DNA of 64,000 nt, taken from positions 63,039,754 to 63,103,753 of the forward strand of contig NC_069372.1 of assembly GCF_021730395.1 (NCBI RefSeq), read 5' to 3'. This stretch comes from Mercenaria mercenaria. Its lineage: Eukaryota. This document shows positions 35,880 to 49,548 of the stretch, piece by piece. The notes beneath the pieces were generated by a model. That model was not told where the DNA came from. It saw only the letters and a list, made by a program, of their open reading frames with translations, and ran no database searches. How positions within the stretch are numbered: the stretch's first letter is position 1; every line of letters begins with the position of its first letter. A program made the position numbers and the translations under genes.

Positions 35880-37380
35880 ACAAATGTACATCAAAATGGT
35901 TAAATGCAATCTCTACGACATTAATAAGTACTCAAATACTAACCATCAGCTTGCCAATTTGAAGCTTTCTGTGTAAATTGGTAACATATACAAATCAAAA
36001 TATACACAAAATGGTTCAAAATATACACAAAATGGTATCTATACATTCTTTTCATACTTAAAAACGTATGTTAAAACATTAAAATGTACATATTCATATT
36101 TTAAAATGTGTGGTAAAACATTAAAATATACATAATACAAACTAGTACAAACCATCAACTTACCGTCGTTTATATGACTGAAATTGTTGAAAACACCCGA
36201 ACACACACATACATCAAGCTGAGGCTTTGTGTAAAAAGACAAAATAAAAAATTGCAACAGCATACATAAAACTAAAATAAAAAACAAAAATGGTATTCAT
36301 ACATTCAATTCATATTATAAAACACGTTTCGTTTTCGTTTTGGTTTTAACGCCGTTTTTCAACAGTATTTCAGTCATGTAATGGCAGGCAGTCAACCTAA
36401 CCAGTGTTCCTGGATTCTGTACCAGTACAAACCTGTTCTCCGCAAGTAAGTGCCAACTTCCCCACATGAATTATCAGAGGTGGAGGACTAATGATTTCAG
36501 ACACAATGTCGTTTACCAAATAGTCACGGAGAACATAAGCCCCGCCCGAGGATCGAACTCGCGACCCTGCGATATGTAGACCAACGCTCTTACCTACTGA
36601 GCTAAGCGGGCGGGCGTTAAAACAACAAAATATACATACCTGTAAAACAGTAGTACAAACCATCACCTTGCCTGTCTGAAGCCTATCTAAGCCATTTAGT
36701 TCGATACCTAGCTGAAAGAGAAAGGTATCTAAGAATTCTTCTGTCAGTGCAGAGTTCCCTATCCAAAAACAAAAACATACCCTTAAACCTGAATTATACA
36801 GACCTAAACCACAGCAAACCAAAAAAACGCACGTCCTGCCCTCGTTCACACAATAATTAAAATATATATATAGTATTTATACATCTATGTATATTTATAA
36901 AAAAAAAACACATCAAAATATACCTACTAGTAAGACAGCAAGTACACAAATACCGATCATCTGCATGCCCATTTCATGCTTTCTATGTAAAAAAAAAGAC
37001 AAAAAAATATATATATATATTATATGACAGCATACATAAAACAAAAATAAAAAACACCAAAAAAATGCTATCTTTACATTCTTTTCATATTATAAAACGC
37101 ATGTTAAAATACTACATTATACATATCTATAAAAAAAGAAGACACACACAAACCATCAGCTTGCTAATGTAAACATAATCTGGAAGGTAAATCCCTCAGA
37201 AGCACCAAGCTTTCTGTGTAAAAAGATAAAATTAAAGACTATTGCAGCATACATAAAACAAACATAAAAACACAAAAATGGAATACTGATGTATTCATAT
37301 TTTAAAACAGGTATTTAAACATTTAATACATAAAAGCGAAAACACACATACCAACCATCAGCTTTCCGAACTTAAAGCTT
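35880..37380. repeat. Degenerate AT-rich ~250-300-bp repeats related to part of the downstream higher-order repeat
   Basis: A recurring ...accatcagcttgcc.a.tt.aagctttctgtgtaaaaag...aaaatggtat...cattcttttcata.t.taaaac..atgttaaaacattaaaat.tacata motif (~5 times). The SINE at 36326-36612 is inserted within it. Confidence 0.55.
36326..36612 (-). mobile_element. Second copy of the tRNA-derived SINE (tRNA-like head 36541-36612, tail cggcgttaaaaccaaaacgaaaacgaaac)
   Basis: Aligns to 31130-31412 over its full length. The head, in reverse complement, reads GCCCGCTTAGCTCAGTAGGTAAGAGCGTTGGTCTACATATCGCAGGGTCGCGAGTTCGATCCTCGGGCGGGGC. Confidence 0.65.
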
Positions 37381-40300
37381 TCTGTGTAAAAAGTAAGTGT
37401 CTATTACCATTAGGGCAGTGTTAGCTGTGGCATCCAACACCTGTGTTATTAATCTGTTGCAGTTAACATGCAACCTAAAAAACAGTAACACAAAAACATG
37501 GTAAAATTTACAAAAATGTGTAATTATATCATAATTAAAACACAGACTAATCTGATTCACAGCTTCATTTGTCTGAAAATAAATCATCGGATGCCCCACC
37601 ACTGAACAAAAACAATCAGCTCTCCCAATTGCAGATCCCTATAAAAAGAGAAAATAAATAGCTACATGACTTCAAATGCCTTTCCACAGGAGAGGCATTA
37701 TCCGCCTGCATACTTACATAACCTTATACTTGAGAGATCTTCCTTATCTACATAATTTAGTTCCCTATCTAGCTGAAAGAGAAAATGGCACCTAAGAATG
37801 GCTCTGCAATTGCAGAGTTCCCTATCCAAAGGACCTCGGACGAAGGGTGATCACAAAAGCTCATCTTGTCAATATGTCGTCACCTCAACGCAACAAAGTT
37901 GTATCTTATTATAAATTTATAATAAGATAAGACCGTTGCGTTGAGGTGACGATGTGACAGGTGAGCTAATACTTATCCTAGGTTTCACATTTTGGGGGAA
38001 CAGCAAGAAAGAGGAATATTGAAATAACCAATAAAAAAACACCTACAACCGGAATTATAGAAATTAAGATGTACATAAATTACACTGTTAAAAGTTAAAA
38101 CTGCAATGTTTTATATATTATAATACCAGTTTTTATTAAATTGTCAGAGGATAAATGGTATATAAAAAATGTGTCTATTACCTTAATAAAATTGTCAGAG
38201 GATAAATGGTATATAAAAAATGTGTCTATTACCTTTAGAGCAGTGTCAGATGTGGCATCCAACACCTGTGTTATTAATCTGTTGCAGTTAACATGCAACC
38301 TAAAAAACAGTAACACAAAAACATGGTAAAATTTACAAAAATGTGTAATTATATCATAATTAAAACACAGACTAATCTGATTCACAGCTTCATTTGTCTG
38401 AAAATAAATCATCGGATGCCCCACCTCTGAACAAAAACAATCAGCTCTCCCAATTGCAAATCCCTCTAAAAAGAGAAAATAAAATGCTATATGACACAAA
38501 CATAAAAATATTGGCATAAAAACATTATCTCTGTAATTCCGGTTGCAACAGACATAACTCAATTTTCATTCATAAAAAGAATTAAACACCCAGTAGCTTA
38601 AGAGATTTAGCTTGAACAATTTTCACTGTCCGCCAAAATGTGAGCCTGTCCAAAGTAATGTCCTCATCCTCTTTCACAACTTGCAATTACTTACTGTTCT
38701 TGACACCGCCCATTTGATTCTAAAGACCAGTTATATTATTTTTTAGCAGGCTTCAAATGCCTTTCCACAGGAGAGGCATTATCCGCCTGCATACTTACAT
38801 AACCTTATACTTGAGAGATCTTCCCTATCTACATAATTTAGTTCCCTATCTAGCTGAAAGAGAAAAGGGCACCTAAGAATGGCTCTGCAATTGCAGAGTT
38901 CCCTATCCAAAGGACCTCGGACGAAGGGTGATCACAAAAGCTCATCTTGTCAATATGTCGTCACCTCAACGCAACAAAGTTGTATCTTATTATAAATTTA
39001 TAATAAGATAAGACCGTTGCGTTGAGGTGACGATGTGACAGGTGAGCTAATACTTATCCTAGGTTTCCCATTTTGGAGGAACACCAAGAAAGAGGAATAT
39101 TGAAATAACCAATAAAAAAACACCTTCTACAACCTGAATTATAGATATTAAGATGTACATAAATTATACTGTTAAAAGTTAAAACTGCAATGTTTTATAT
39201 ATTATAATACCAGTTTTTATTAAATTGTCAGAGGATAAATGGTATATAAAAAATGTGTCTGTTACCTTTAGAGCAGTGTCAGATGTGGTATCCAACACCT
39301 GTGTTAGTAGTCTGTTGCAGTTAACATGCAACCTAAAAAACAGTAACACAAAAACATGGTAAAATTTACAAAAATGTGTAATTATATCATAATTAAAACA
39401 CAGACTAATCTGATTCACAGCTTCATTTATCTGAAAATAAATCATATGCCCCACCTCTGAACAAAAACAACCAGCTAGCTCTCCCAATTGCAGATCCCTC
39501 TAAAAAGAGAAAATAAAAAGCTATATGACACAAACATAAAAATATTGGCATAAAAACATTATCTCTGTAATTCCGGTTGCAAATGACATAACTCAATTTT
39601 CATTCACAAAAAGAATTAAACACCCAGTAGCTCAAGAGATTTAGCTTAAACAATTTTCACTGTCCGCCAAAATGTGAGCCTGTCCAATGTAATATCCTAA
39701 TCCTTTTTCACAACTTGCAATTACTTACTGCTCTTGACACCACCCATTTGATTCTAAAGACCAGTTATATTATTTTTTAGCAGGCTTCAAATGCCTTTCC
39801 ACAGGAGAGGCATTATCCGCCTGCATACTTACATAACCTTAATACTTTGAGAGATCTTCCCTATCTACACAATTTAGTTCCCTATCTAGCTGAAAGAGAA
39901 ATGGGCACCTAAGAGTGGCTCTGCAATTGCAGAGTTCCCTATCCGAAGGACCTCGGACGAAGGGTGATCACAAAAGCTCATCTTGTCAATATGTCGTCAC
40001 CTCAACGCAACAAAGTTGTATCTTATTATAAATTTACAATAAGATATGACCGTTGCGTTGAGGTGACGATGTGACAGGTGAGCTAATACTTATCCTAAGT
40101 TTCACATTTTGGGGGAACACCAAGAAAGAGGAATATTGAAATAACCAATAAAAAACACCTACAACCGAAATTATAGATATTAAGATGTACATAAATTATA
40201 CTGTTAAAAGTTAAAACTGCAATGTTTTATATATTATAATACCAGTTTTTATTAAATTGTCAAAGGATAAATGGTATATAAAAATGTGTATATTACTTTT

Positions 40301-43300
40301 AGAGCAGTGTCAGCTGTGGCATCCAACACCTGTGTTAGTAGTCTGTTTGCAATCAACATGCAACCTTAAAAGCAGTAACACAAAAACATGGTAAAATTTA
40401 CAAACATGTCTAATTATATCATACTTAAAACACAAACTATATTTGTTTGCTGAATTCACAGCAGCTGATTCACAACTTCCTTTGTCTGAAAAGAAATCAT
40501 CTGAATGTCCCACCTCTGAGCAAAAGCAAACCATCTCTAAACAAATTACCTACAAAAATACCTTCCAAAAATCCACCATAGCAATGGAAAAAACCGCGCG
40601 TCCCGCCCTCGTTCCCACAATGCCACCTACGCACGCAATTAAATCATAACGTATATAAAAATGGTATTTATTCATTTTATTCATGTTTTAAAACATGTCA
40701 TAACATTAAAATATGTACAAAACTTAAAACAAACTATCAGCTCTCCCAACTGCAGATCACTCTGAAAATAGAAAAAAAATCTATACACAAACATAAAAAT
40801 ATTGCAATAAAAACATTATCTCTGTAATTCCGGTTGCAAAAGACAACTCAATTTTCATTCAGAAAAAGACTAACACTCAGTAGCTTAGGAGATTTAGCTG
40901 AAACAATTTTCACTGTCCCTCAAAATGTGAGCCTGGCCGATGTAATGTCCTGATCCTCTTTCACAAGTTGCAATTACTTACTGTTCTTGATACCACCCAT
41001 TTGATTCTAAAGACCAGTTATATTATTTTTTTAGCAGACTTCGAATGGTTTTCCATAGGAGAGGCATCATCCAGCTGCATACTTAAGACTTCAAAAATTC
41101 TTTCCATAGAGTTACAGGCTACCAATGCCTTTCCATAGGAGATGCATTATCCGGCTGCAGAGTTACAGGCTACCAATGCCTTTCCAAAGGAGACGCATTA
41201 TCCGCCTGCATACTTACATAACCTTATACTTGAGAGATCTTCCCTATCTACACAATTTAGTTCCCTATCTAGCTGAAAGAGAAAAGGGCACCTAAGAATG
41301 GCTCTGCAATTGCAGAGTTCCCTATCCAAAGGACCTCGGACGAAGGGTGATCACAAAAGCTCATCTTGTCAATATGTCGTCACCTCAACGCAACAAAGTT
41401 GTATCTTATTATAAATTTATAATAAGATATGACCGTTGCGTTGAGGTGACGATGTGACAGGTGAGCTAAAACTTATCCTAGGTTTCACATCTTGGGGGAA
41501 CAGCACGAAAGAGGAATATTGAAATAACCAATAAAAAAACACCTTCTACAACCGGAATTATAGGTATTAAGATGTACATAAATTATACTGTTAAAAGTTA
41601 AAACTGCCATGTTTTATATATTATAATACCAGTTTTTATTAAATTGTCAGAGGATAAATGGTATATAAAAAATGCGTCTATAACCTTTAGAGCAGTGTCA
41701 GCTGTGGCATCCAACACTGCGTTAGTAGTCTGTTGCAGTCAACATGCAACCTAAAAAGAAAGAAGCAAACCATCTCCAAACAAAAACCAACTGCCTCCAA
41801 ACAAAAAACCTACAAAAATAAACACCTTCCAAAATTCCACCACAGCAATGGAAACAAGAGCTGTCTCCGTAGGATGACACATGCCCCCGATGGCACTTTG
41901 AATGAATAGTTATGGCCAATGTTAGAGTTTAGGACCTTTGACCTACGGACCTGGGTCTCGCGCGCGACACGTCGTCTTACTGTGGTACACATCCATGCCC
42001 AATATTTTTAAAATCCAAGCATGAATGACAAAGATATGGACTGGACACGCCCATCAATGCACTATGTTGAAATATGACCTTTAACGTCTAAGTGTGACCT
42101 TGACCTTTGAGCTACGGACCTGGGTCTTGCGCACGACACGTCGTCTTACTGTGGTACACATTTATGCCAAGTTATTTGAAAATCCATCCATGGATGACAA
42201 AGATATGGACCGGACACGAATGCACTATCATGAAAAATGACCTTTAACGTCCAAGTGTGACCTTGACCTTTGAGCTACGGACCTGGGTCTTGCACGCGAC
42301 ACGTCGTCTTACTGTGGTACACATTCATGCCAAGTTATTTGAAAATCCATCCATGGATGACAAAGATATGGACCGGACACGCCCAACTATCATGAAAAAT
42401 GACCTTTAACGTCTAAGTGTGACCTTGACCTTTGAGCTACGGACCTGGGTCTTTCGCGCGACACGTCGTCTTACTGTGGTACACATTCATGCAAAGTTAT
42501 TTGAAAATCCATCCATCGATGACAAAGATATGGACCGGACACGAAAATTGCGGACAGACTGACAGACCGACAGACTGACAGACGGTTCAAAAACTATATG
42601 CCTCCCTTCGGGGGCATAAAAACCCGCGCGTCCTGCCCTCATTCCCACAATGCCACCTACGCACGCAATTAAATCATAACGTATATAAAAAATGGTATTT
42701 ATTCAGATTTTAAAACATGTCAACATTAAAATATGTACAAAACAGAAAACAAACTATCAGCTCTCCCAATTGCAGATCCCTCTGAAAATAGAAAAAAAAA
42801 TCTATACAACACAAACATAAAAATATTGAAATAAAAACATTATCTCTGTAATTCCGGTTGCAAGACAACTCGGTTTTCATTCAGAAAAAGAATTTAACAC
42901 TCAGTAGCTAAGAGATTTAGCTTAAACAATTTTAATGGTATGTAAAAAATGTGTCTATTACCTTTACAGCAGTGTCAGCTGTGGCATCCAACACCTGTGT
43001 TAGTAGTCTGTTGCAGTCAACATGCAACCTAAAAAGCAGTAACACAAAAACATAGTAAAATTTAGAAACATGTCTAATTATATCATACTTAAAACACAAA
43101 CTAATCTATTTGTTTGCTGAATTCACAGGTTTCTTTGTCTTAAAAGAAATCATCCAAATGTCCCACCTCTGAACAAAAGCAATTAAACCATCTCCAAACA
43201 AAAAACCAACTGCCTCCAAACAAAAAACCTATAAAAATAAACACCTTCCGAAAATCAAACACAGCAATAGAAAAAACGCGCGTCCCGCCCTCGTTCCCAC

Positions 43301-46300
43301 AATGCCGCCTACGCACGCAATTAAATCATAACGTATATAAAAAATGGTATTTATTCATTTTATTCAGATTTTAAAACATGTCATAACATTAAAATATGTA
43401 CAAAACTGAAAACAAACTATCAGCTCTCCCAACTGCAGATCACTCTGAAAATAGAAGAAAAAAATCTATACGACACAAACATAAAAATATTGCAATAAAA
43501 AAATAATCTCTGTAATTCCGGTTGCAAAAGACAACTCAGTTTTCATTCAGAAAAAGAATTTAACACCCAGTAGCATAAGAGATTTAGCTTAAACAATTTT
43601 CACTGTCCCTCAAAATGTGAGCCTGGCCAATGTAATGCCCTGATCCTCTTTCACAACTTGCAATTACTTACTGTTCTTGATTCCACCCATTTGATTCTAA
43701 AGACCAGTTATATTATTTTTTAGCAGACTTCAAATGCTTTCCATAGGAGTGGCATTATCCGGCTGTATACTTAAGGCTTCAAATGCCTTTCAATATGAGA
43801 GGCATTATCCGGCTACACAGTTACAGGCTTCAAAAGCCTTTCCATAGGAGATGCATTATCCGGCTGCATAGTTACAGGCTTGCTTCAAATGCCTTTCCAA
43901 AGGAGACGCATTATCCGGCTGCATACTTACATAACCTTATACTTGAGAGATCTTCCCTATCTACAAAATTTAGTTCCCTATCTAGCTGAAAGAGAAATGG
44001 GCACCTAAGAATGGCTCTGCAATTGCAGAGTTCCCTATCCAAAGGACCTCGGACAAAGGGTGATCACAAAAGCTCATCTTGTCAATATGTCGTCACCTCA
44101 ACGCAACAAAGTTGTATCTTATTATAAATTTATAGTAAGATATGACCGTTGCGTTGAGGCGACGATGTGACAGGTGAGCTAATAATTATCCTAGGTTTCA
44201 CATTTTGGGGGAACACCAAGAAAGAGGAATATAGAAATAACCAATAAAAAAACACCTTCTACAACCGGAATTATAGATATTAAGATGTACATAAATTATA
44301 CTGTCAAAAGTTAGAACTGCAATGTTTTATATATTATAATACCAGTTTTTATTAAATTGTCAGAGGATAAATGGTATATAAAAAATATGTCTATTACCTT
44401 TATAGCACTGTCAGCTGTGGCATCCAACACCTGTGTTAGTGGTCTGTTGCAGTCAACATGCAACCTAAAAAGAACAGAAGCAAACCATCTCCAAACAAAA
44501 ACCAACTGTCTCCGAAAAAATAATCTACAAAAATAAACACCTTCCAAAATTCCACCACAGCAATGGAAAAAAAAACGCGCGTCCCGCCCTCGTTTTCACA
44601 ATGCCGCCTTCGCACGCAATTAAATCATAACATATATAAAAAAAATGGTATTTATTCAGATTTTAAAACATGTCATAACATTAAAATATGAACAAAACAG
44701 AAAACAAACTATCAGCTCTCCTAATTGCACAACCCTCTGAAAATAGAAAAAAAATCTATACAACACAAACATAAAAATATTGCAATAAAAACATTATCTC
44801 TGTAATTCCGGTTGCAAAAGACAACTCGGTTTTCATTCAGAAAAAGAATTTAACACTCAGTAGCTAAGAGATTTAGCTTAAACAATTTTAATGGTATGTA
44901 AAAATGTGTCTATTACCTTTACAGCAGTGTCAGTATTTGTTTGCTGAATTCACAGCTTCCTTTGTCTTAAAAGAAATCATCCAAATGTCCCACCTCTGAA
45001 CAAAAGGTATTAAACCATCTCCAAACAAAAACCAACTGCCTCCAAACAAAAAACCTACAAAAATAAACACCTTCCGAAAATCAAACACAGCAGTAGAAAA
45101 AAAAACGCGCGTCCCGCCCTCGTTCCCACAATGCCGCCTTCGCACGCAATTAAATCATAAATATAAAAAAAAATGGTATTTATTCAGATTTTAAAACATG
45201 TCATAACATTAAAATATGACAACGAAAACAAACTATCAGCTCTCTAATTGCACAACCCTCTGAAATAGAAAAAAAATCTATACAACACAAACATAAAAAT
45301 TTGCAATAAAAACATTATCTCTGTAATTCCGGTTGCAAAGACAACTCGGTTTTCATTCAGAAAAAGAATTAACACTCAGTAGCTAAGAGATTTAGCTTAA
45401 ACAATTTTAATGTAGTAAAAATGTGTCTATTACCTTTACAGCAGGTCAGTATTTGTTTGCTGAATTCACAGCTTCCTTTGTCTTAAAAAAATCATCCAAA
45501 TGTCCCACCCTGAACAAAAGGTATTAAACCATCCCAAACAAAAACCAACTGCTCCAAACAAAAAACCTACAAAAATAAACCTCGAAAATCAAACACAGCA
45601 GTAGAAAAAAAAACGCGCGTCCCGCCCTCGTTCCCACAATGCCGCCTAGCACGCAATTAAATCATAACGTATATAAAAAATGGTATTTATTCATTTTATT
45701 CAGATTTTAAAACATGTCATAACATTAAAATATGTACAAAACTGAAAACAAACTATCAGGTCTCCCAACTGCAGATCACTCTGAAAACAGAAAAAAATAT
45801 CTATACGACACGAACATAAAAATATTGCAATAAAAACATTATCTCTGTAATTCCGGTTGCAAAAGACAACTCAATTTTCATTCAGAAAAAGAATTTAACA
45901 CTCAGTTGCTTAAGAGAATTAGCTTAAACAATTTTCACTGTCCCTCAAAATGTGAGCCTGGCCGATGTAATGTCCTGATCCTCTTTCACAACTTGCAATT
46001 ACTTACTGTTCTTGATACCACCCATTTGACTCTAAAGACCAGTTATATTATTTTTTAGCAGACTTCGAATGCTTTCCATAGGAGAGGCATTATCAGCTGC
46101 ATACTTACATACTTCAAATGCTTTCCATAGGAGTGGCATTATCCGGCTGTATACTTAAGGCTTCAAATGCCTTTCAATATGAGAGGCATTATCCGGCTGC
46201 ATAGTTACAGGCTTCAAATGCCTTTCCAAAGGAGACGCATTATCCGGCTGCATACTTACACAACCTTATACTTGAGAGATCTTCCCTATCTAGCTGAAAG

Positions 46301-47467
46301 AGAAATGGGCACCTAAGAATGGCTCTGCAATTGCAGAGTTCCCTATCCAGAGGACCTCGGACGAAGGGTGATCACAAAAGCTCATCTTGTCAATATGTCT
46401 TCACCTCAACGCAACAAAGTTGTATCTTATTATAAATTTATAGTAAGATATGACCGTTGCGTTGAGGTGACGATGTGACAGGTGAGCTAATACTTATCCT
46501 AGGTTTCACATTTTGGGGGAACACCAAGAAAGAGGAATATTGAAATAACCAATAAAAAAACACCTTCTACAACCGAAATTATAGATATTAAGATGTACAT
46601 AAATTATACTGTTAAAAGTTAAAATTGCAATGTTTTATTATTATAATACCAGTTTTTATTAAATTGTCAGAGGATAAATGGTATGTAAAAATGTGTCTAT
46701 TACCTTTAGAGCAGTGTCAGCTGTGGCATCCAACACCTCTGTTAGTGGTCTGTTGCAGTCAACATGCAACCTAAAAAGAACAGAAGCAAACCATCTCCAA
46801 ACAAAAACCAACTGCCTCCGAACAAATAACCTACAAAAATAAACACCTTCCAAAATTCCACCACAGCAATGGAAAAAACCCGCGCGTCCCGCCCTCCTTC
46901 CCACAATGCCACCTACGCACGCAATTAAATCGTAACATATATATTAAAAAAAAGGTATTTATTCAGATTTTAAAACATGTCATAACATTAAAATATGTAC
47001 AAAACATAAAACAATCTATCAGCTCTCCCAACTGCAGAACCCTCTGAAAATAGAAAAAAAAAATCTATACAACACAAACATAAAAATATTGCAATAAAAA
47101 CATTATCTCTGTAATTCCGGTTGCAAAAGACAACTCAGTTTTCATTCAGAAAAAGAATTTAACACTCAGTAGCTAAGAGATTTAGCTTAAACAATTTTAA
47201 TGGTATGTAAAAAATGTGTCTATTACCTTTAGAGCAGTTTCAGCTGTGGCATCCAACACCTGTGTTAGTAGTCTGTTGCAGTCAACATGCAACCTAAAAA
47301 GCAGTAACACAAAAACATGACGTCTAATTATATCATACCTAAAACACAAACTAATCTATCTGTTTGCTGAATTCACAGCAGCAAATTCCCAGCTCCTTTG
47401 TCTGGAAAGAAATCATCCAAATGTCCCACCTCTGAACAAAAACAAACCATCTCCAAACAAACCTATA
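37380..47467 (+). repeat. Higher-order repeat array (basic period ~1.03-1.08 kb, later units expanded by insertions and local duplications), ~8 units. Each unit contains a captured B-type 3' terminus with a 78-bp palindromic insertion.
   Basis: The landmark gggtgatcacaaaagctcatcttgtcaatatg[tcgtcacctcaacgcaac...gttgcgttgaggtgacga]tgtgacaggtgagctaatac recurs at 37850, 38925, 39955, 41340, 44050 and 46365. A second landmark ttaaaactgcaatgttttatatattataataccagtttttattaaattgtcagaggataaatggtat recurs at 38095, 39180, 40200, 41590, 44295 and 46620. Three alternative segments follow the second landmark in different units. There is a 4x ~48-bp sub-array at 43720-43940. Confidence 0.8.
41855..42622 (+). 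mobile_element. C-family element nested in the higher-order repeat (5' head caagagctgtctccgtagg, ~4 monomers of ~140 bp, (GACAGAC)n, hairpin, ataaaaa)
   Basis: Host sequence ccacagcaatggaaa|...|aaacccgcgcgtcc, whereas uninterrupted units read ccacagcaatggaaaaaaaaacgcgcgtcc (44545-44585). The tail is gacagactgacagaccgacagactgacagacggttcaaaaactatatgcctcccttcgggggcataaaaa. Confidence 0.8.
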
Positions 47468-49210
47468 ACAAGAGGACCATGATGGTCCTGAATCGCTCAC
47501 CTCTTCCCACATGACCCAGTTTCGAGTATGACGTCATTTTTTCTATTATTTGACACAGTGACCTAGTTTTTGAGCTCATGTGACCCAGTTTTGAACTTGA
47601 CCTAGATATTATCAAGATAAAAATTCTGACCAATTTTCATGAAGATCCATTGAAAAATATGGTCTCTAGAGAGGTCACAAGGTTTTTCTATTATTTGACC
47701 TAGTTTTCGAAGGTACGTGACCCTGTTTTGAATTTTATCCAGATCATCAAGGTGAACATTCTCACTAATTTTTATGAAGATCTCATGAAAAATATGGCCT
47801 CTAGAGAGGTCACAACGTTTTTCTATTTTTATACCTACTGACCTAGTTTTTGACCACACGTGACGTGACCCAGTTTCGAAACTGACCTAGATATCATCAA
47901 GGTGAACATTCAGATCAATTTTCATGAAGATCCATTGAAAAATAGGGCCTCTAGAGAGGTCAAAAGATTTTAATAATTTTTGACCTACTGACCTAGTTTT
48001 TGACCACAGTTGACCCAGTTTCAAATTTGACCTAGATATCATCAAGAACATTCAGACCAACTTCCATACAGATCCCATGAAAAGTATGGCCTCTAGAGAG
48101 GTCACAAGTTTTTTTTATTATTTGACCTACTGACCTAGTTTTTTAGGGCACGTGACCCAGTTTCAAACCTGACCTAGATATCATCAAGGTTAACATTCTG
48201 ACCAATTTTTATGGAGATCCATTCACAAGTATGGCTTCTAGAGAGGTCACAAGGTTTTTCTATTTTTAGACCTACTGACCTAGTTTTTGACCGCACATGA
48301 CCCTGTTTCGAACTTGACCTAGATATCATCAAGATGAACATTCAGACCAATTTTCATACAGATCCCATGAAAAATATGGCCTCTAGAGAGGTCACAAGGT
48401 TTTTATATTATTTGACCTACTGACCTAGTTTTTGAAGGCACGTGACCCACTTTCGAATTTGACCTAGATATCATCAAGGTAAACATTCAGACCAACTTTC
48501 ATGAAGATCTCATGAAATATATGGCCTCTAGAGAGGTCACAAGGTTTTTCTATTTTTAGACCTACTGATCTAGTTTTTGACCGCATGTGACCGAGTTTCG
48601 AACTTGACCTAGAAATCATCAAGATGAACATTCAGACCAACTTTCATACAGATCCCCTGAAAAATATGACCTTTAGAGAGGTCACAAGGTTTTTCTATTA
48701 TTTGACCTACTGACCTAGTTTTTGATGGCACGTGACCCAGTTTCGAACTTGACCTAGAAATCAACAAAGTGAAAGTTCTGACCAATTTTCATGAAGATCT
48801 TGTGCAATATATGGCCTCTAGAGAGGTCACAAGGTTTTTCTATTTTTAAACCTACTGACCTAGTTTTTGATGACACGTGACCCAGTTTCGAACTTGACCT
48901 AGATATCATCAAGGTGAACATTCTGACCAATTTTCATGAAGATCTTGTGAAATATATGGCCTCTAGAGAGGTCACAAGGTTTTTCTATTTTTAGACCTAC
49001 TGATCTAGTTTTTGACGGCACGTGACCCAGTTTCGAACTTGACCTAGATATCATCAAGATGAACATTCTGACCAACTTTCATAAAGATCCCATGAAAAAT
49101 GTGACCTCTAGAGTGGTCACAAGCAAAAGTTTACGGACGCACGCACGCACGACGGACACCGCGCGATCACAAAAGCTCACCTTGTCACTTTGTGACAGGT
49201 GAGCTAAAAA
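47468..49210 (+). mobile_element. B-type satellite-carrying element (~10 monomers of ~166 bp) inserted into the last higher-order repeat unit
   Basis: The 5' end is acaagaggaccatgatggtcctgaatcgctcacctcttccc, with a 17-bp perfect palindrome aggaccatgatggtcct. The 3' end is gacggacaccgcgcgatcacaaaagctcaccttgtcactttgtgacaggtgagctaaaaa. Host sequence resumes at 49211 ccaaccactcccaacaaaaaccaactgcctccgaacaaa. Confidence 0.8.
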
Positions 49211-49548
49211 CCAACCACTCCCAACAAAAACCAACTGCCTCCGAACAAATTAACTACAAAAAATTTGAAACTGAAGGTTTAAAATGGTGCAATCTGGTGT
49301 ATTTTGGGGTGTTTTTTCTTTACTTTGTCTACCTATATTTTTGTATACAATAAAGACATAAAAACATAATTCCTCTTAAAAATGCATTTGTGACATCACA
49401 TAACAAGAGTGTCAGAATGTCACAATATACGCCCGTCACAGCAAATTTCTTTACACTAGCACCTGTATTTGCAAATGGAATTTTAATTTTCTAGTTGTTT
49501 ACAATGTTGTTTTTTTTTTAAGAAATTATTGTAATTCTTTTATTTTTC

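Noticed and set aside
38095-38562. Longest six-frame ORFs (155 aa at 38095-38562 -, 150 aa at 36397-36849 -, 120 aa at 52897-53259 +, 102 aa at 60794-61102 -, and the many 60-100-aa ORFs such as MPPFGLRK.WLKF..., DGNH.D..CSKF.SHMSNSFDKT, NFHEDPMKNMASR...)
   Set aside because: All lie inside tandem arrays or higher-order repeat units. They recur with the monomer period on whichever strand happens to be open. They are AT-rich and low-complexity, and they lack start or splice context. They are artefacts of repeat periodicity, not genes.
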